From: Erysipelotrichaceae bacterium OH741_COT-311
GTDB taxonomy: Bacteria > Bacillota_I > Bacilli_A > Erysipelotrichales > Erysipelotrichaceae
Assembly (NCBI GenBank): GCA_003858585.1
Contig: RQZE01000003.1
Span: 1 to 32,000 of the forward strand
Reading direction: 5' to 3'
Length of the DNA stretch: 32,000 bases
In this document: positions 17,987 through 27,502 of the stretch, piece by piece
Position numbering within the stretch: position 1 is the stretch's first letter
Layout of the letters: every line of letters starts with the position of its first letter
The notes under the pieces: model-generated
The model's database searches: none
The model's input: the letters and a program-made list of their open reading frames with translations, nothing else
Told to the model about the DNA's origin: nothing
Made by a program: the position numbers and the translations under genes

Positions 17987-18968
17987 CATCTTCATACTTG
18001 ACAGAAGCAATTTCATAAGGAAGAATTACTTTTCTACCGCTGTATCCATTCATTAGACGTTTTATTTCCATGATGGCTGTTTTAGAAATGGCATAGAAGT
18101 CTTGTTTACAAGTTAATATGTTTTTTCCAACATAGCCTAATAGAGTAATGCCATCAAACCCGCAACAGCGACGGAAGATATTCATAGAGATTAAGGCATT
18201 TAATGCTCCAATTGCCATTAAGTCACTAGCACAAACAACGGTATCTGCATTTGTTGCTTTGCGCATTGTGATTTCGTAGGCTTTTTTTTCTGAGAAGTCA
18301 GCATACTCAATATCTAGCTGAAAGCCATATTCTTGACTTAAACGTTGTATGCCAAGCAAACGTTCATCGGTCACATATCCATTGCGTTTACCGGCAAGGT
18401 ATAACACATTATGACAATATTCTTTTTCAATCACTGCTTTTGCAACGTCATATTGTCCATCTTCGTGGTTAATGCTTACACTTGAAGTATTTTCATTGAC
18501 AATTGGGGCATCTACGGTAACCACTTTAAAAAGATTGCGATTAATAATTTCATGAATGATTTTATCTTCTTTATTTAATCCGTAAACAACAATGCCACTA
18601 ATCCCTTGAGATATAAAGTAATGAATGATTTCATCAATACCTAAATTACGTATTGAATCATTAAATATAGTTGTTACATTCAAACCGATTTCAGCGGAAG
18701 CAATAAAAGCACCTTGTAAATATTGCATATTAATTTCATCAATCGCTTGTCGTTTATCGTTGATATAAATATATAAAGCAACTTTATCATAAGTCTTACT
18801 TGATAAGGCACTTGCCATGGTGTTAGGTATGTAATTTAATTCTTTTACCGCCTTTAAAACACGATCTTTCGTTTCCTTTGAAACACTTGCATAATTTTTT
18901 AAAACCTTAGAAACAGTCGAATTAGCGACTTTTGCTTTTTTAGCTACATCATTTATTGTTACAACCAT
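17976..18968 (-). CDS. LacI-family transcriptional regulator (probable maltodextrin regulon repressor)
   Basis: N-terminal HTH VTINDVAKKAKVANSTVSKVLKN followed by a periplasmic-binding-protein-like sugar domain. Sits within the mal locus. Its 3' end overlaps the sortase gene by 11 bp (convergent). Confidence 0.88.
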   Translation of the reverse strand: MVVTINDVAKKAKVANSTVSKVLKNYASVSKETKDRVLKAVKELNYIPNTMASALSSKTYDKVALYIYINDKRQAIDEINMQYLQGAFIASAEIGLNVTTIFNDSIRNLGIDEIIHYFISQGISGIVVYGLNKEDKIIHEIINRNLFKVVTVDAPIVNENTSSVSINHEDGQYDVAKAVIEKEYCHNVLYLAGKRNGYVTDERLLGIQRLSQEYGFQLDIEYADFSEKKAYEITMRKATNADTVVCASDLMAIGALNALISMNIFRRCCGFDGITLLGYVGKNILTCKQDFYAISKTAIMEIKRLMNGYSGRKVILPYEIASVKYEDVIF

Positions 18969-19053
18969 AGTGTTATCTCCATTGTTACTATTATAACATT
19001 TTATAGATTGAATTTATGTATAATGTGCGTTATATTCTTATGGAGGTGTTTTT

Positions 19054-20745
19054 ATGAATAAGTGGTGGAAATATGCTGTAGGGTATCAAATATATCCGCG
19101 CAGTTTTAAAGATAGTAATCAAGATGGTATTGGAGATTTAAGGGGTATTATTGAAAAAATACCTTATTTATATGATTTAGGAGTTACCTTAATTTGGATT
19201 TGTCCGTTTTATCGTTCACCTATGGATGATAATGGATATGATGTCAGTGATTATAGAGATGTAGATCCAAGTTTTGGTACGTTAGAAGATTTTAAAGAAT
19301 TAATAAAAATAGCTCATAGATATCAAATTAAAGTTATTTTAGACTTGGTGCTAAATCATACATCAGATGAACATCAATGGTTTCAAAAGGCAATTTCAAG
19401 TAAAGATCATCCATATCAAAAGTATTATATTTTTAAAGAGGGTAAGATGATTGATGGAAAGAAATGTCCGCCGAATAACTGGAAAGGTTTTTTTAGTGAA
19501 AGTGCTTGGAGTTATGTCGAATCTATTGATAAGTATTATTTAAGAATCTTTTCAAAGAAGATGCCGGATTTGAATTGGAGTCATCCGGAATTAAGACAAG
19601 AGCTTTATCAAGTGGCACGTTTTTGGTTGGATTTAGGTTGTGATGGATTTCGCTTAGATGCCATTGCACACTTAGCAAAAGATTTAAGTTTTAAAGATTC
19701 TACCATTAACATTGATCATAATGGTTTAGCATTTGATCCTTCTAAATTTTCAAATCGTCCTGAAATCTTTGAGTACTTAAAAGAATTCAAAGAAGAAGTT
19801 TTGGATCATTATGATTGTATGACAGTTGGTGAAGTTGGGGGAGGAGCTAATGTCTTAGAGGGTTTAAAGTATGCAAATTATCAAAATGGATACTTAAATA
19901 TGGTTTTTAATTTTGATACTTGTTGGAGTAACGGAGCCTATGGTTCTATTGATAAAAAAGATGATGAAATTGTTACGGATGTTGTTAACTTAAAAGAAAA
20001 CTTTAAACGTTGGTATGATGGATTACATAAAAAAGCGTGGTTACCAATTTATTGGTTAAATCATGATCATCCTCGTGTCTTATCACAATACGGAAATGTA
20101 AACTATCGCTATCCATCAGGATCGATGTTAGGACTTATTTTATTATTCCTGTATGGAACTCCGTTTATTTATCAAGGGGAAGAAATTGGTATGAGTAATG
20201 TGGATTATACAAGACTTAGTCAATTTAAAGATGTTGGAGCTCAAAATTATTTTCAAGAACATAAAGAGTTTTATGAGGAAGAAACGATTCTACACACATT
20301 ACGAAGAACAAGTCGTTGCAACGCTCGTAGTCCAATGCAATGGGATGCCAGTGCGTATGCAGGATTTAGTGAAGTAAGAAGTGAAATGGATGTAAATGGG
20401 AATTACAAAGAAGTAAATGTACAGCGTCAACAACATGAAAAAGATTCCGTGCTTGCTAGTTATAAACAGTTGATTAAATTAAGAAAACAATACAGTAAGG
20501 ATGTTGTAGATGGTAGTTTAACATTTATTGATTTAAAAGATCCAAATACCTTTAGCTTCTTAAAGAATAATCGTTTATTAATCATTACGAATTTTAAAGA
20601 GGAAGCAATAAAGTTTACCTATCCTTTAAATGAGTGGCAAATATTGTTTAATAATTATAAAGAGGTAGAGTATCAAGATGGTATCTTTACGTTGAAACCA
20701 TATCAAGCATTATTGATTGAGCTTTTAAAAGAAAACAATTCATAA
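19054..20745 (+). CDS. Cytoplasmic GH13 alpha-glucosidase (oligo-1,6-glucosidase-like)
   Basis: 563 aa, no signal peptide. GH13 regions DLVLNHTSDEH, GFRLDAIAH, VGEVGG and LNHDHPR. Confidence 0.87.
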   Translation: MNKWWKYAVGYQIYPRSFKDSNQDGIGDLRGIIEKIPYLYDLGVTLIWICPFYRSPMDDNGYDVSDYRDVDPSFGTLEDFKELIKIAHRYQIKVILDLVLNHTSDEHQWFQKAISSKDHPYQKYYIFKEGKMIDGKKCPPNNWKGFFSESAWSYVESIDKYYLRIFSKKMPDLNWSHPELRQELYQVARFWLDLGCDGFRLDAIAHLAKDLSFKDSTINIDHNGLAFDPSKFSNRPEIFEYLKEFKEEVLDHYDCMTVGEVGGGANVLEGLKYANYQNGYLNMVFNFDTCWSNGAYGSIDKKDDEIVTDVVNLKENFKRWYDGLHKKAWLPIYWLNHDHPRVLSQYGNVNYRYPSGSMLGLILLFLYGTPFIYQGEEIGMSNVDYTRLSQFKDVGAQNYFQEHKEFYEEETILHTLRRTSRCNARSPMQWDASAYAGFSEVRSEMDVNGNYKEVNVQRQQHEKDSVLASYKQLIKLRKQYSKDVVDGSLTFIDLKDPNTFSFLKNNRLLIITNFKEEAIKFTYPLNEWQILFNNYKEVEYQDGIFTLKPYQALLIELLKENNS

Positions 20746-20750
20746 ATAAG

Positions 20751-20770
20751 GCACACATTGTGTGCTTTTT
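20751..20770 (+). terminator. Rho-independent terminator after the GH13 glucosidase gene
   Basis: GCACACA / TGTGTGC hairpin followed by TTTTT, 6 nt after the stop. Confidence 0.55.
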
Positions 20771-20807
20771 CATTTTAAAAATATTTTTGTAAGCGTTATA
20801 TTTTTTC

Positions 20808-20836
20808 TTTACAAAAAATGATTTTCGTTGTATCAT
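20808..20836 (+). promoter_or_regulatory. Candidate promoter of the malE-type transporter operon
   Basis: TTTACA (20808-20813), 17-nt spacer, TATCAT (20831-20836). The palindromic operator lies just downstream. Confidence 0.4.
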
Positions 20837-20849
20837 AGAAGACAGGAAA

Positions 20850-20863
20850 GGAAAACGTTTTCT
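20850..20863. promoter_or_regulatory. Second copy of the candidate MalR-like operator (GGAAAACGTTTTCT)
   Basis: 13 of 14 identical to the 17232-17245 palindrome. It sits between the candidate -10 element and the binding-protein start codon. Confidence 0.5.
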
Positions 20864-20902
20864 GTAAGCGATTATAATACAGAGAACTGGAAAGAAATTA
20901 TT

Positions 20903-22126
20903 ATGAAGAAATTATTAGCTGTTCTTCTTGCATCTATGATGATGTTAACTGCTTGTACTAAGAAAAATGATTCTAAGCCGGCAGATGATATGGGTCAAGA
21001 TGCAAATACAAAAGTTACATTAAAAGTTTGGGCTTCTCAAGATGACCAAGAGATGACTCAAAAAATGGTTGATGCATTTATCGAAGCTCATCCTGAAAAG
21101 CAATGGGATATCACTTTAGCAGTAGTTGGTGAACCTGATGCAAAAACAAAATATCTAGAAGATCCTGCGGTTGCAGCTGACGTGTTTGCATTTGCAAATG
21201 ACCAATTAAATGATTTAGTAAGTGCCGGAGCACTTTATAAAGTAACAAGAAATGCTGATGATATAAAAGCTCGTAACTCAGCTGGTTCAGTTGGAGCTGC
21301 TAGCAAAGATGATCAATTATATGCATATCCTATGACTGCAGATAATGGTTATTTCATGTTCTATGACAAATCAGTGTTTACGGAAGAAGATGTATTATCA
21401 TTAGATGTTATGCTTGAAAAAGCTGCTGCATCAAATAAAAAAGTATTAATGGATTTATCAAATGGTTGGTACATTGCATCATTCTTCTTAGGAAATGGTG
21501 GTAAATTATCAATTAGTCCTGAAAACACACAAGCTTGTGATTTCAACAATGAAAAAGGTGTTCAAGCTGGGGAAGCAATTAAAAACTTTGCAGCTCATAG
21601 TGCATTTACAACTGGTGATGACTCAGTATTAGTAGCTGGTTTTGAAAATGGTGAAATCGCTGCTGCAGTAACTGGTACTTGGAATGCTGAAAAGATTCAA
21701 ACTGCATTAAAAGATAATTATGCTGCTACAAAACTTCCTTCATACACTACAACAGATGGTTTAGTTCAATTATCTTCATTTGCTGGATACAAACAACTTG
21801 GTATTAACTCTCAAACTAAGTTCCCGGTAGAAGCAATGGATTTAGCTGATTGGTTAACAAACGAACAAAATCAAGTGTTACGTTTTGAAACAAAAGGGTA
21901 TGGACCAAGTAACTTAAATGCTTCTCAATCTGACGCGGTTCAAGCTAACGTTGCATTAGCTGCATTAGCATTACAATCTCAATTTGCAGTATCTCAAAAT
22001 GATGTGTTAGGATCATATTGGGGGCCAGCTGAAGCATTCGGTGCTGCAATGGAAGCAAAAGACTACAGCAAGACAGTACAAGAATTATTAGATGAAATGG
22101 TTGCTCAAATTACAGCAGCGAAATAA
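20903..22126 (+). CDS. malE: Maltodextrin/maltose ABC transporter substrate-binding lipoprotein
   Basis: Lipoprotein signal MKKLLAVLLASMMMLTAC; family-1 SBP with MalE-like blocks (KVTLKVWASQDD, YPMTADNGYFMFYDK, GPSNL). The track's TTG start at 20828 overlaps the promoter/operator, so I moved it to the ATG at 20903. Confidence 0.85.
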   Translation: MKKLLAVLLASMMMLTACTKKNDSKPADDMGQDANTKVTLKVWASQDDQEMTQKMVDAFIEAHPEKQWDITLAVVGEPDAKTKYLEDPAVAADVFAFANDQLNDLVSAGALYKVTRNADDIKARNSAGSVGAASKDDQLYAYPMTADNGYFMFYDKSVFTEEDVLSLDVMLEKAAASNKKVLMDLSNGWYIASFFLGNGGKLSISPENTQACDFNNEKGVQAGEAIKNFAAHSAFTTGDDSVLVAGFENGEIAAAVTGTWNAEKIQTALKDNYAATKLPSYTTTDGLVQLSSFAGYKQLGINSQTKFPVEAMDLADWLTNEQNQVLRFETKGYGPSNLNASQSDAVQANVALAALALQSQFAVSQNDVLGSYWGPAEAFGAAMEAKDYSKTVQELLDEMVAQITAAK

Positions 22127-22154
22127 TTGAAATAATTAATTATGCAAACTGATA

Positions 22155-22177
22155 GGGGCAAAGAATTACTTTGTCCC
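22155..22177 (+). other. Intra-operon stem-loop after the binding-protein gene (mRNA stabiliser or partial terminator)
   Basis: GGGGCAAAG-AATTA-CTTTGTCCC, 9 bp including one G:U pair, with only a weak T-tract after it. Confidence 0.4.
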
Positions 22178-22204
22178 TATTTCTGAATATTAAGGAGAAC
22201 ATAT

Positions 22205-23605
22205 ATGAAATTACAAAGTTTCTTCAAAAAATTATCAGATGCAGTAAGCGGTTTCTTTGCTGCATGTGCTAATTATTTTGTTCATTTTAAAAAGGGAGAC
22301 ATCATAACTAAAATTTCATACTTCATTATGGGTTTTGGCTGTTTTTGCCGTAAACAAGTAGTAAAGGGTTTGGCATATCTTGCAATCCAACTTGGATATA
22401 TCTATTTCATGATTACAAGTGGTGTGTACTATATTTCAATGCTTTCTACCTTAGGTACTATGCAGCAAGGTGAAGTTTGGGATGAGGCTTTACAAATCTA
22501 TCGTATCCAAACGGGACATAATTCAATGTTATTGTTATTGTTTGGGGTATTTTCCATCTTCTTAACAATTTTATTTATCGCTTTTTATTTTATGAGTGTA
22601 TCTCGTGCTTATAAAAATCAATTGTTAATGGAGCAAGGGAAACATATTAATTCATTTAAGGATGATGTTCGTGATTTATTAGATAGTAAATATCACATTA
22701 CTGTATTATCAATTCCTGTTATTTTAACAGTGGCATTTACAATTTTGCCATTAATTTTCATGATTTTAATGGCATTTACAAACTTTGATCAAACGCATCA
22801 ACCTCCAGGTAATTTATTTACATGGATTGGGACTAGTAACTTCTCAAAAATTTTATATCAAAATCCAAGATGGAGTTCGACGTTCTTTAAATTGTTGTTC
22901 TGGACAATTATATGGGCATTCTTTGCGACATTCTTAAACTATATTTTAGGAATTATGTTAGCGATCATGATTAATAAGAAAGGGATTCGTATTAAGTCAT
23001 TCTGGCGTACAATTTTTGTAACAACGATTGCGATTCCTCAGTTTGTTTCATTACTATTAATGTCTCGTATGTTATTGGATAATGGGGCTTTAAATAATCT
23101 ATTATTAAATTTAGGTATTATTAAAGAAGCCATTCCATTTTTAACAAATCCTAATGTTGCCAAAGTTACAGTTATCATCGTTAACTTATGGGTAGGTATT
23201 CCTTATACTATGTTGATTACAAGTGGTATTTTAATGAATATTCCGGAAGATTTATATGAAGCAAGTCGCATTGATGGGGCAACACCGGTAAAACAATTCT
23301 TTGCGATTACCTTACCTTACATGTTACATGTAACAACACCGTATTTAATTACACAATTTGTTGGTAATATTAATAACTTTAACGTTATCTTCTTATTAAC
23401 AGGTGGTGGACCACAATCATTAAACTTATATCAAGCAGGGGAAACAGATCTATTGGTTACATGGTTATATAAGCTTACAACACAAGAGCAAAACTATGCT
23501 TTAGCTAGTACGATTGGTATTGTAATCTTTATGTTACTATCATCTATTTCATTAATTACTTACAATATGACAAGTGCAGTAAAAGAGGAGGATACATTCT
23601 CATGA
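22205..23605 (+). CDS. malF: Maltodextrin ABC transporter permease, MalF-type
   Basis: 466 aa, multi-TM, EAA loop EASRIDGATPVKQFFAITLP. Confidence 0.85.
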   Translation: MKLQSFFKKLSDAVSGFFAACANYFVHFKKGDIITKISYFIMGFGCFCRKQVVKGLAYLAIQLGYIYFMITSGVYYISMLSTLGTMQQGEVWDEALQIYRIQTGHNSMLLLLFGVFSIFLTILFIAFYFMSVSRAYKNQLLMEQGKHINSFKDDVRDLLDSKYHITVLSIPVILTVAFTILPLIFMILMAFTNFDQTHQPPGNLFTWIGTSNFSKILYQNPRWSSTFFKLLFWTIIWAFFATFLNYILGIMLAIMINKKGIRIKSFWRTIFVTTIAIPQFVSLLLMSRMLLDNGALNNLLLNLGIIKEAIPFLTNPNVAKVTVIIVNLWVGIPYTMLITSGILMNIPEDLYEASRIDGATPVKQFFAITLPYMLHVTTPYLITQFVGNINNFNVIFLLTGGGPQSLNLYQAGETDLLVTWLYKLTTQEQNYALASTIGIVIFMLLSSISLITYNMTSAVKEEDTFS

Positions 23606-24456
23606 TAAAAAGTATGAAAGCAAAGCGTACGATTGGTAATGCGTTTATTTATGTAATTTTAACGTTATTAAGCATCGTTTGGGTATTTCCGGTTGCTTGG
23701 TTAGTAATGCAATCATTCCGTAAGGAAGGAAGTGCGTTTACACCTTATTTTATTCCAAAGCAATGGACATTTGATAACTACATTAATTTACTTACAGATA
23801 CATCGAAATTTAATTTCCCGCGTTGGTTTGGGAATACGTTAGTTGTAGCGATTGCCTCTTGTATCTTAACGACTGTTTTAGTATTATTAACAGCTTATGC
23901 ATTCTCTCGTCTAAGATTTAAAATGCGTCGTCCAATGATGAATGTAATCTTGATTCTTGGTATGTTTCCGGGTTTCATGTCAATGATTGCGATTTATCAT
24001 ATCTTAAAAGCTATCAATCTAACACAAAGTTTAGTTTCTCTTGTTTTAGTATATTCAGGTGGGGCAGCAATGGGATACTACATTGCCAAGGGGTTCTTTG
24101 ATACCATTCCATATGCCATCGATGAAGCTGCAATGATTGATGGTGCTACAAAGAATCAAGTATTCTGGAAAATTATTTTACCGATGTCAAAACCAATTGT
24201 TATTTATACAATTTTAACTTCGTTTTTAACACCTTGGGTAGATTTTATCTTTGTATCGGTTATCATGAAAGATAATTATGATAAATATACGGTTGCGTTA
24301 GGTTTATTCCAAATGATTAGTCGTGAAAACGTTCAAAAATACTTTACACAATTCTGTGCAGGGGCTGTGTTAATCGCCATACCTATTACATTATTATTTA
24401 TTAAGATGCAGAAGTACTATGTAAGTGGTGTTACTGCAGGTGGTGCAAAAGGATAA
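23602..24456 (+). CDS. malG: Maltodextrin ABC transporter permease, MalG-type
   Basis: 284 aa, 6 TM, EAA loop DEAAMIDGATKNQVFWKIILP. ATGA overlap with the preceding gene. Confidence 0.88.
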   Translation: MIKSMKAKRTIGNAFIYVILTLLSIVWVFPVAWLVMQSFRKEGSAFTPYFIPKQWTFDNYINLLTDTSKFNFPRWFGNTLVVAIASCILTTVLVLLTAYAFSRLRFKMRRPMMNVILILGMFPGFMSMIAIYHILKAINLTQSLVSLVLVYSGGAAMGYYIAKGFFDTIPYAIDEAAMIDGATKNQVFWKIILPMSKPIVIYTILTSFLTPWVDFIFVSVIMKDNYDKYTVALGLFQMISRENVQKYFTQFCAGAVLIAIPITLLFIKMQKYYVSGVTAGGAKG

Positions 24457-25943
24457 TGAAAAAGATTCTCATTCTGTTTTTGCTTGTCAGCTTGTTGTTT
24501 GGCTGCGCTCCAAAGAAAGAAGCAACGAACAACAATGGAAGTGTATACTATGAAATTTTTGTGGCATCATTTCATGATTCGGATGGAGATGGTGTTGGTG
24601 ATTTAAATGGAATTATTGAAAAATTGGACTATCTTCAAGATTTAGGGATTAGTGGAATTTGGTTAATGCCAATTCATCCAAGTAATACTTATCATAAATA
24701 TGATGTCTTAGATTATATGGCAATTGATGAAAGTTATGGAACAATTGAGGATTTCAAAGTCTTAGTCCAAGAAGCAAAAAAACATAACATTGATATCATT
24801 ATTGATTTAGTGCTGAATCATACAAGTAGTAAACATCCATGGTTTAAAGAAGCTAAGGATGCTGTTATGAATGATACGTGTGATACAACCAATAAGTGTG
24901 AGTATTATCATTTCAGTGAGTCTATAAAAAAGGGATATACACGTATCCATGATCAATTGTTTTATGAAGCTGTCTTTTGGAGTGAGATGCCGGATTTAAA
25001 TCTTGCAAATCAAGATGTTCGTAAAGAAATTGAATCCATTGTTGACTTTTGGCTAGACTTAGGAGTAAAAGGCTTTCGTTTGGATGCTCCATATCATTAC
25101 TTTGATCATAATACAGGTTTGAATAATGAGTTTTTGGCATGGTTAACGACGTATGTAAAGTCAAAACGTGAAGATGCATTTATGGTAGGTGAAGTTTGGG
25201 CAGATCAGCAGACCGTATTGAATCACTTTGAAAGTGGCTTGGATTCTTTCTTTGATTTTGCAAGTAGTAATACAGATGGTCGTATTGTTTCCGCTTTGCG
25301 TAGTAAAAACGGACATGTACTATCACAGTATTTAGCGGATTATTACAATGCCATTAAAAATATGAATGAAGAAGCTATCAGTAGTATCTTTTTATCAAAT
25401 CATGATCAAGGAAGAAGTGCTGCCTTTTTCTTAGATGAGCAACAAAGAAAACTTGCAGCAAGTATTTATCTTTTAGCTCCTGCAATGCCTTTTGTATATT
25501 ATGGTGAAGAAATTGGTATGCTTGGTAGTGGAAGAGATGAAAACAAGCGTCTTGCGATGGTTTGGGGAGAAGGTAAAGATGCTAAATCTCCTAAAGATGC
25601 GGATTATACTGAGGAATTTAATAGTAGTGTAAAAGAGCAACTCAAAGATAAAAATTCTCTTTTAAATCATTACAAAAAGGTAATACACTTAAGAAACCAA
25701 TATTTAGATATACAGAATGTCAAGATTCAGGCATATCTATTTAAGAATAAACATTTATGTGCAATTGAATATATTCATGAAAATAAAACAGTTATGGTTG
25801 TTCACAATTTAAGTGGTGAAACAATTGTGGATGAATTAGCAGGATATAAAATTGTTGATCAAGTGGTATTGAGTGAAAAGGCTACAATCCAACAAGATCA
25901 ACTAACAATTGCACCATACTCAACAGTCATTTTAAATAAGTAG
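24456..25943 (+). CDS. Surface-tethered lipoprotein GH13 alpha-amylase
   Basis: Lipobox MKKILILFLLVSLLFGC; GH13 regions DLVLNHTSSKH, GFRLDAPYH, VGEVWAD and LSNHDQGR. 1-nt overlap (TAATG) with malG. Confidence 0.85.
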   Translation: MKKILILFLLVSLLFGCAPKKEATNNNGSVYYEIFVASFHDSDGDGVGDLNGIIEKLDYLQDLGISGIWLMPIHPSNTYHKYDVLDYMAIDESYGTIEDFKVLVQEAKKHNIDIIIDLVLNHTSSKHPWFKEAKDAVMNDTCDTTNKCEYYHFSESIKKGYTRIHDQLFYEAVFWSEMPDLNLANQDVRKEIESIVDFWLDLGVKGFRLDAPYHYFDHNTGLNNEFLAWLTTYVKSKREDAFMVGEVWADQQTVLNHFESGLDSFFDFASSNTDGRIVSALRSKNGHVLSQYLADYYNAIKNMNEEAISSIFLSNHDQGRSAAFFLDEQQRKLAASIYLLAPAMPFVYYGEEIGMLGSGRDENKRLAMVWGEGKDAKSPKDADYTEEFNSSVKEQLKDKNSLLNHYKKVIHLRNQYLDIQNVKIQAYLFKNKHLCAIEYIHENKTVMVVHNLSGETIVDELAGYKIVDQVVLSEKATIQQDQLTIAPYSTVILNK

Positions 25944-25955
25944 GAGGATATTTAT

Positions 25956-27395
25956 ATGAGAAAAGCTGGGATTTTGATGCCGGTTGCATCTCTTCCGTCT
26001 AAACATGGAATTGGTGATTTTGGTTATACTAGCTATACATTTATAAGTTTATTAAAGAAAAGTGGCATGAAAATATGGCAAATCCTCCCATTAAATCCAC
26101 TTGGATATGGAAATTCACCTTATCAACCATATTCAAGTCATGCAATGGATGAATTGTACATTTCATTAGATTTATTAAAAGAAGAGAAGTTAATTAAAAA
26201 TGTAGCTGACTTTAATAGGGATGCTGAAATCATTGATTATGATGCTGTAAGAAGCTTTAAGCGTTCATACTTAAAAGAAGCGTTTGATAACTTTAAACCA
26301 AATTCAGAGTATCAAGAATTTATACAAATGGATTGGGTTTACAAATATGCAGTGTTTTTAACCTTAAAGAAAGCCAATGAGTTAAAGTGTTGGGTTGATT
26401 GGGATCATAGTTTCAAAGATTGGATTAAGGGGAATGATTTAGATTTAGCACCATATCAAAAAGACATTGAATATGAAATGTTTATCCAATATGTGTTATA
26501 TGCTCAATGGTTAAAAGTAAAAGCATTTGCAAATCAGCAAGGGATAGAAGTGATGGGGGATATTCCAATTTATGTTGGAATTGACAGTGATGATGTCTGG
26601 ACAAATCAAAAGAATTTTTTACTAGATGATGATGGACGTCCAACATTTATTGCAGGTGTTCCGCCGGATTACTTTAGTGCTACAGGGCAAAGATGGGGAA
26701 ATCCATTATATAATTGGGAAGTTTTAAAAGAAGATGGTTTTGCGTTTTGGCTCGAACGATTAAGTTATAATAATAAATTGTTTAATATCATTCGTATTGA
26801 TCATTTTAGAGCGTTTGATACGTATTGGAAGATTCCATCAAGTTGTGAAACGGCCATAGAAGGGCAATGGGTGGAAGCGCCAGGATATGCATTGTTTGAT
26901 GAAGTGTTTAAACACTATCCAAACATGCAGATTGTTGCTGAAGATTTAGGGGATTTAAGGCAAGAAGTACTGGTATTAAGAGACCATTACCAATTTAAAG
27001 GAATGCGTATCGTACAATTTTCATTTAATCCAACCTACATGGAAGAAGATCGTGAAAATCTTGTTATTTATACAGGTACTCATGATAATCAAACCATTAA
27101 TGGTTGGTATCAAACCTTCAAACCGGAACAAAAGAAACAAGCTAAAGCCTATTTTAAAAAACATGGTTTTAAAAAGCCATCTGTTATTGATAATTTTATT
27201 GACTATACATTAGCAAGTAAGGCTTCTTTAGCTATCATACCATTGTTTGATGTATTAAAGTTAAATGATCAAGCAAGATTAAATACTCCAGGAACGGTTG
27301 GTAATCCAAACTGGCAATGGAAGATTAAGGATTATGTAGGCTTTAAAAAAGCTGTAAAGAAATTACATAAAGCAGTTTTAAAATATAATCGATAA
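25956..27395 (+). CDS. malQ: 4-alpha-glucanotransferase (amylomaltase, GH77)
   Basis: 479 aa; MRKAGILMPVASLPS, NPLGYGNSPYQPYS, IRIDHFRAF, AEDLG and GTHDN motifs typical of MalQ. Confidence 0.92.
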   Translation: MRKAGILMPVASLPSKHGIGDFGYTSYTFISLLKKSGMKIWQILPLNPLGYGNSPYQPYSSHAMDELYISLDLLKEEKLIKNVADFNRDAEIIDYDAVRSFKRSYLKEAFDNFKPNSEYQEFIQMDWVYKYAVFLTLKKANELKCWVDWDHSFKDWIKGNDLDLAPYQKDIEYEMFIQYVLYAQWLKVKAFANQQGIEVMGDIPIYVGIDSDDVWTNQKNFLLDDDGRPTFIAGVPPDYFSATGQRWGNPLYNWEVLKEDGFAFWLERLSYNNKLFNIIRIDHFRAFDTYWKIPSSCETAIEGQWVEAPGYALFDEVFKHYPNMQIVAEDLGDLRQEVLVLRDHYQFKGMRIVQFSFNPTYMEEDRENLVIYTGTHDNQTINGWYQTFKPEQKKQAKAYFKKHGFKKPSVIDNFIDYTLASKASLAIIPLFDVLKLNDQARLNTPGTVGNPNWQWKIKDYVGFKKAVKKLHKAVLKYNR

Positions 27396-27421
27396 GATGT
27401 AAGCTAATTACATCTTTTTTC
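27395..27421 (+). terminator. Rho-independent terminator of the mal operon
   Basis: AGATGTAA-GCTAA-TTACATCT followed by TTTTT, starting at the malQ stop codon. Confidence 0.7.
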
Positions 27422-27455
27422 ATGAAGAATCAAAACAAAAGCATTATTTTTTTAT

Positions 27456-27477
27456 ATCAAAATTATTGATGTATAAT
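27456..27477 (+). promoter_or_regulatory. Candidate promoter -10 (TATAAT, 27472-27477) preceded by a 7-1-7 inverted repeat ATCAAAA-T-TATTGAT (27456-27470)
   Basis: The inverted repeat matches at 6 of 7 positions per arm and has Fur-family box geometry. It sits directly upstream of the COG0523 gene. AT-rich context makes a chance match plausible. Confidence 0.3.
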
Positions 27478-27502
27478 AGTAGTATTGAAAAGAGGGAAAA
27501 GT

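Noticed and set aside
18969-19053. A third MalR-type operator or a consensus promoter upstream of the GH13 glucosidase gene.
   Set aside because: There is no GAAAACGTTTTC-like palindrome here. TATAAT at 19019-19024 has no acceptably spaced -35, and TTGAAT lies only 5 nt away. I did not call a promoter.
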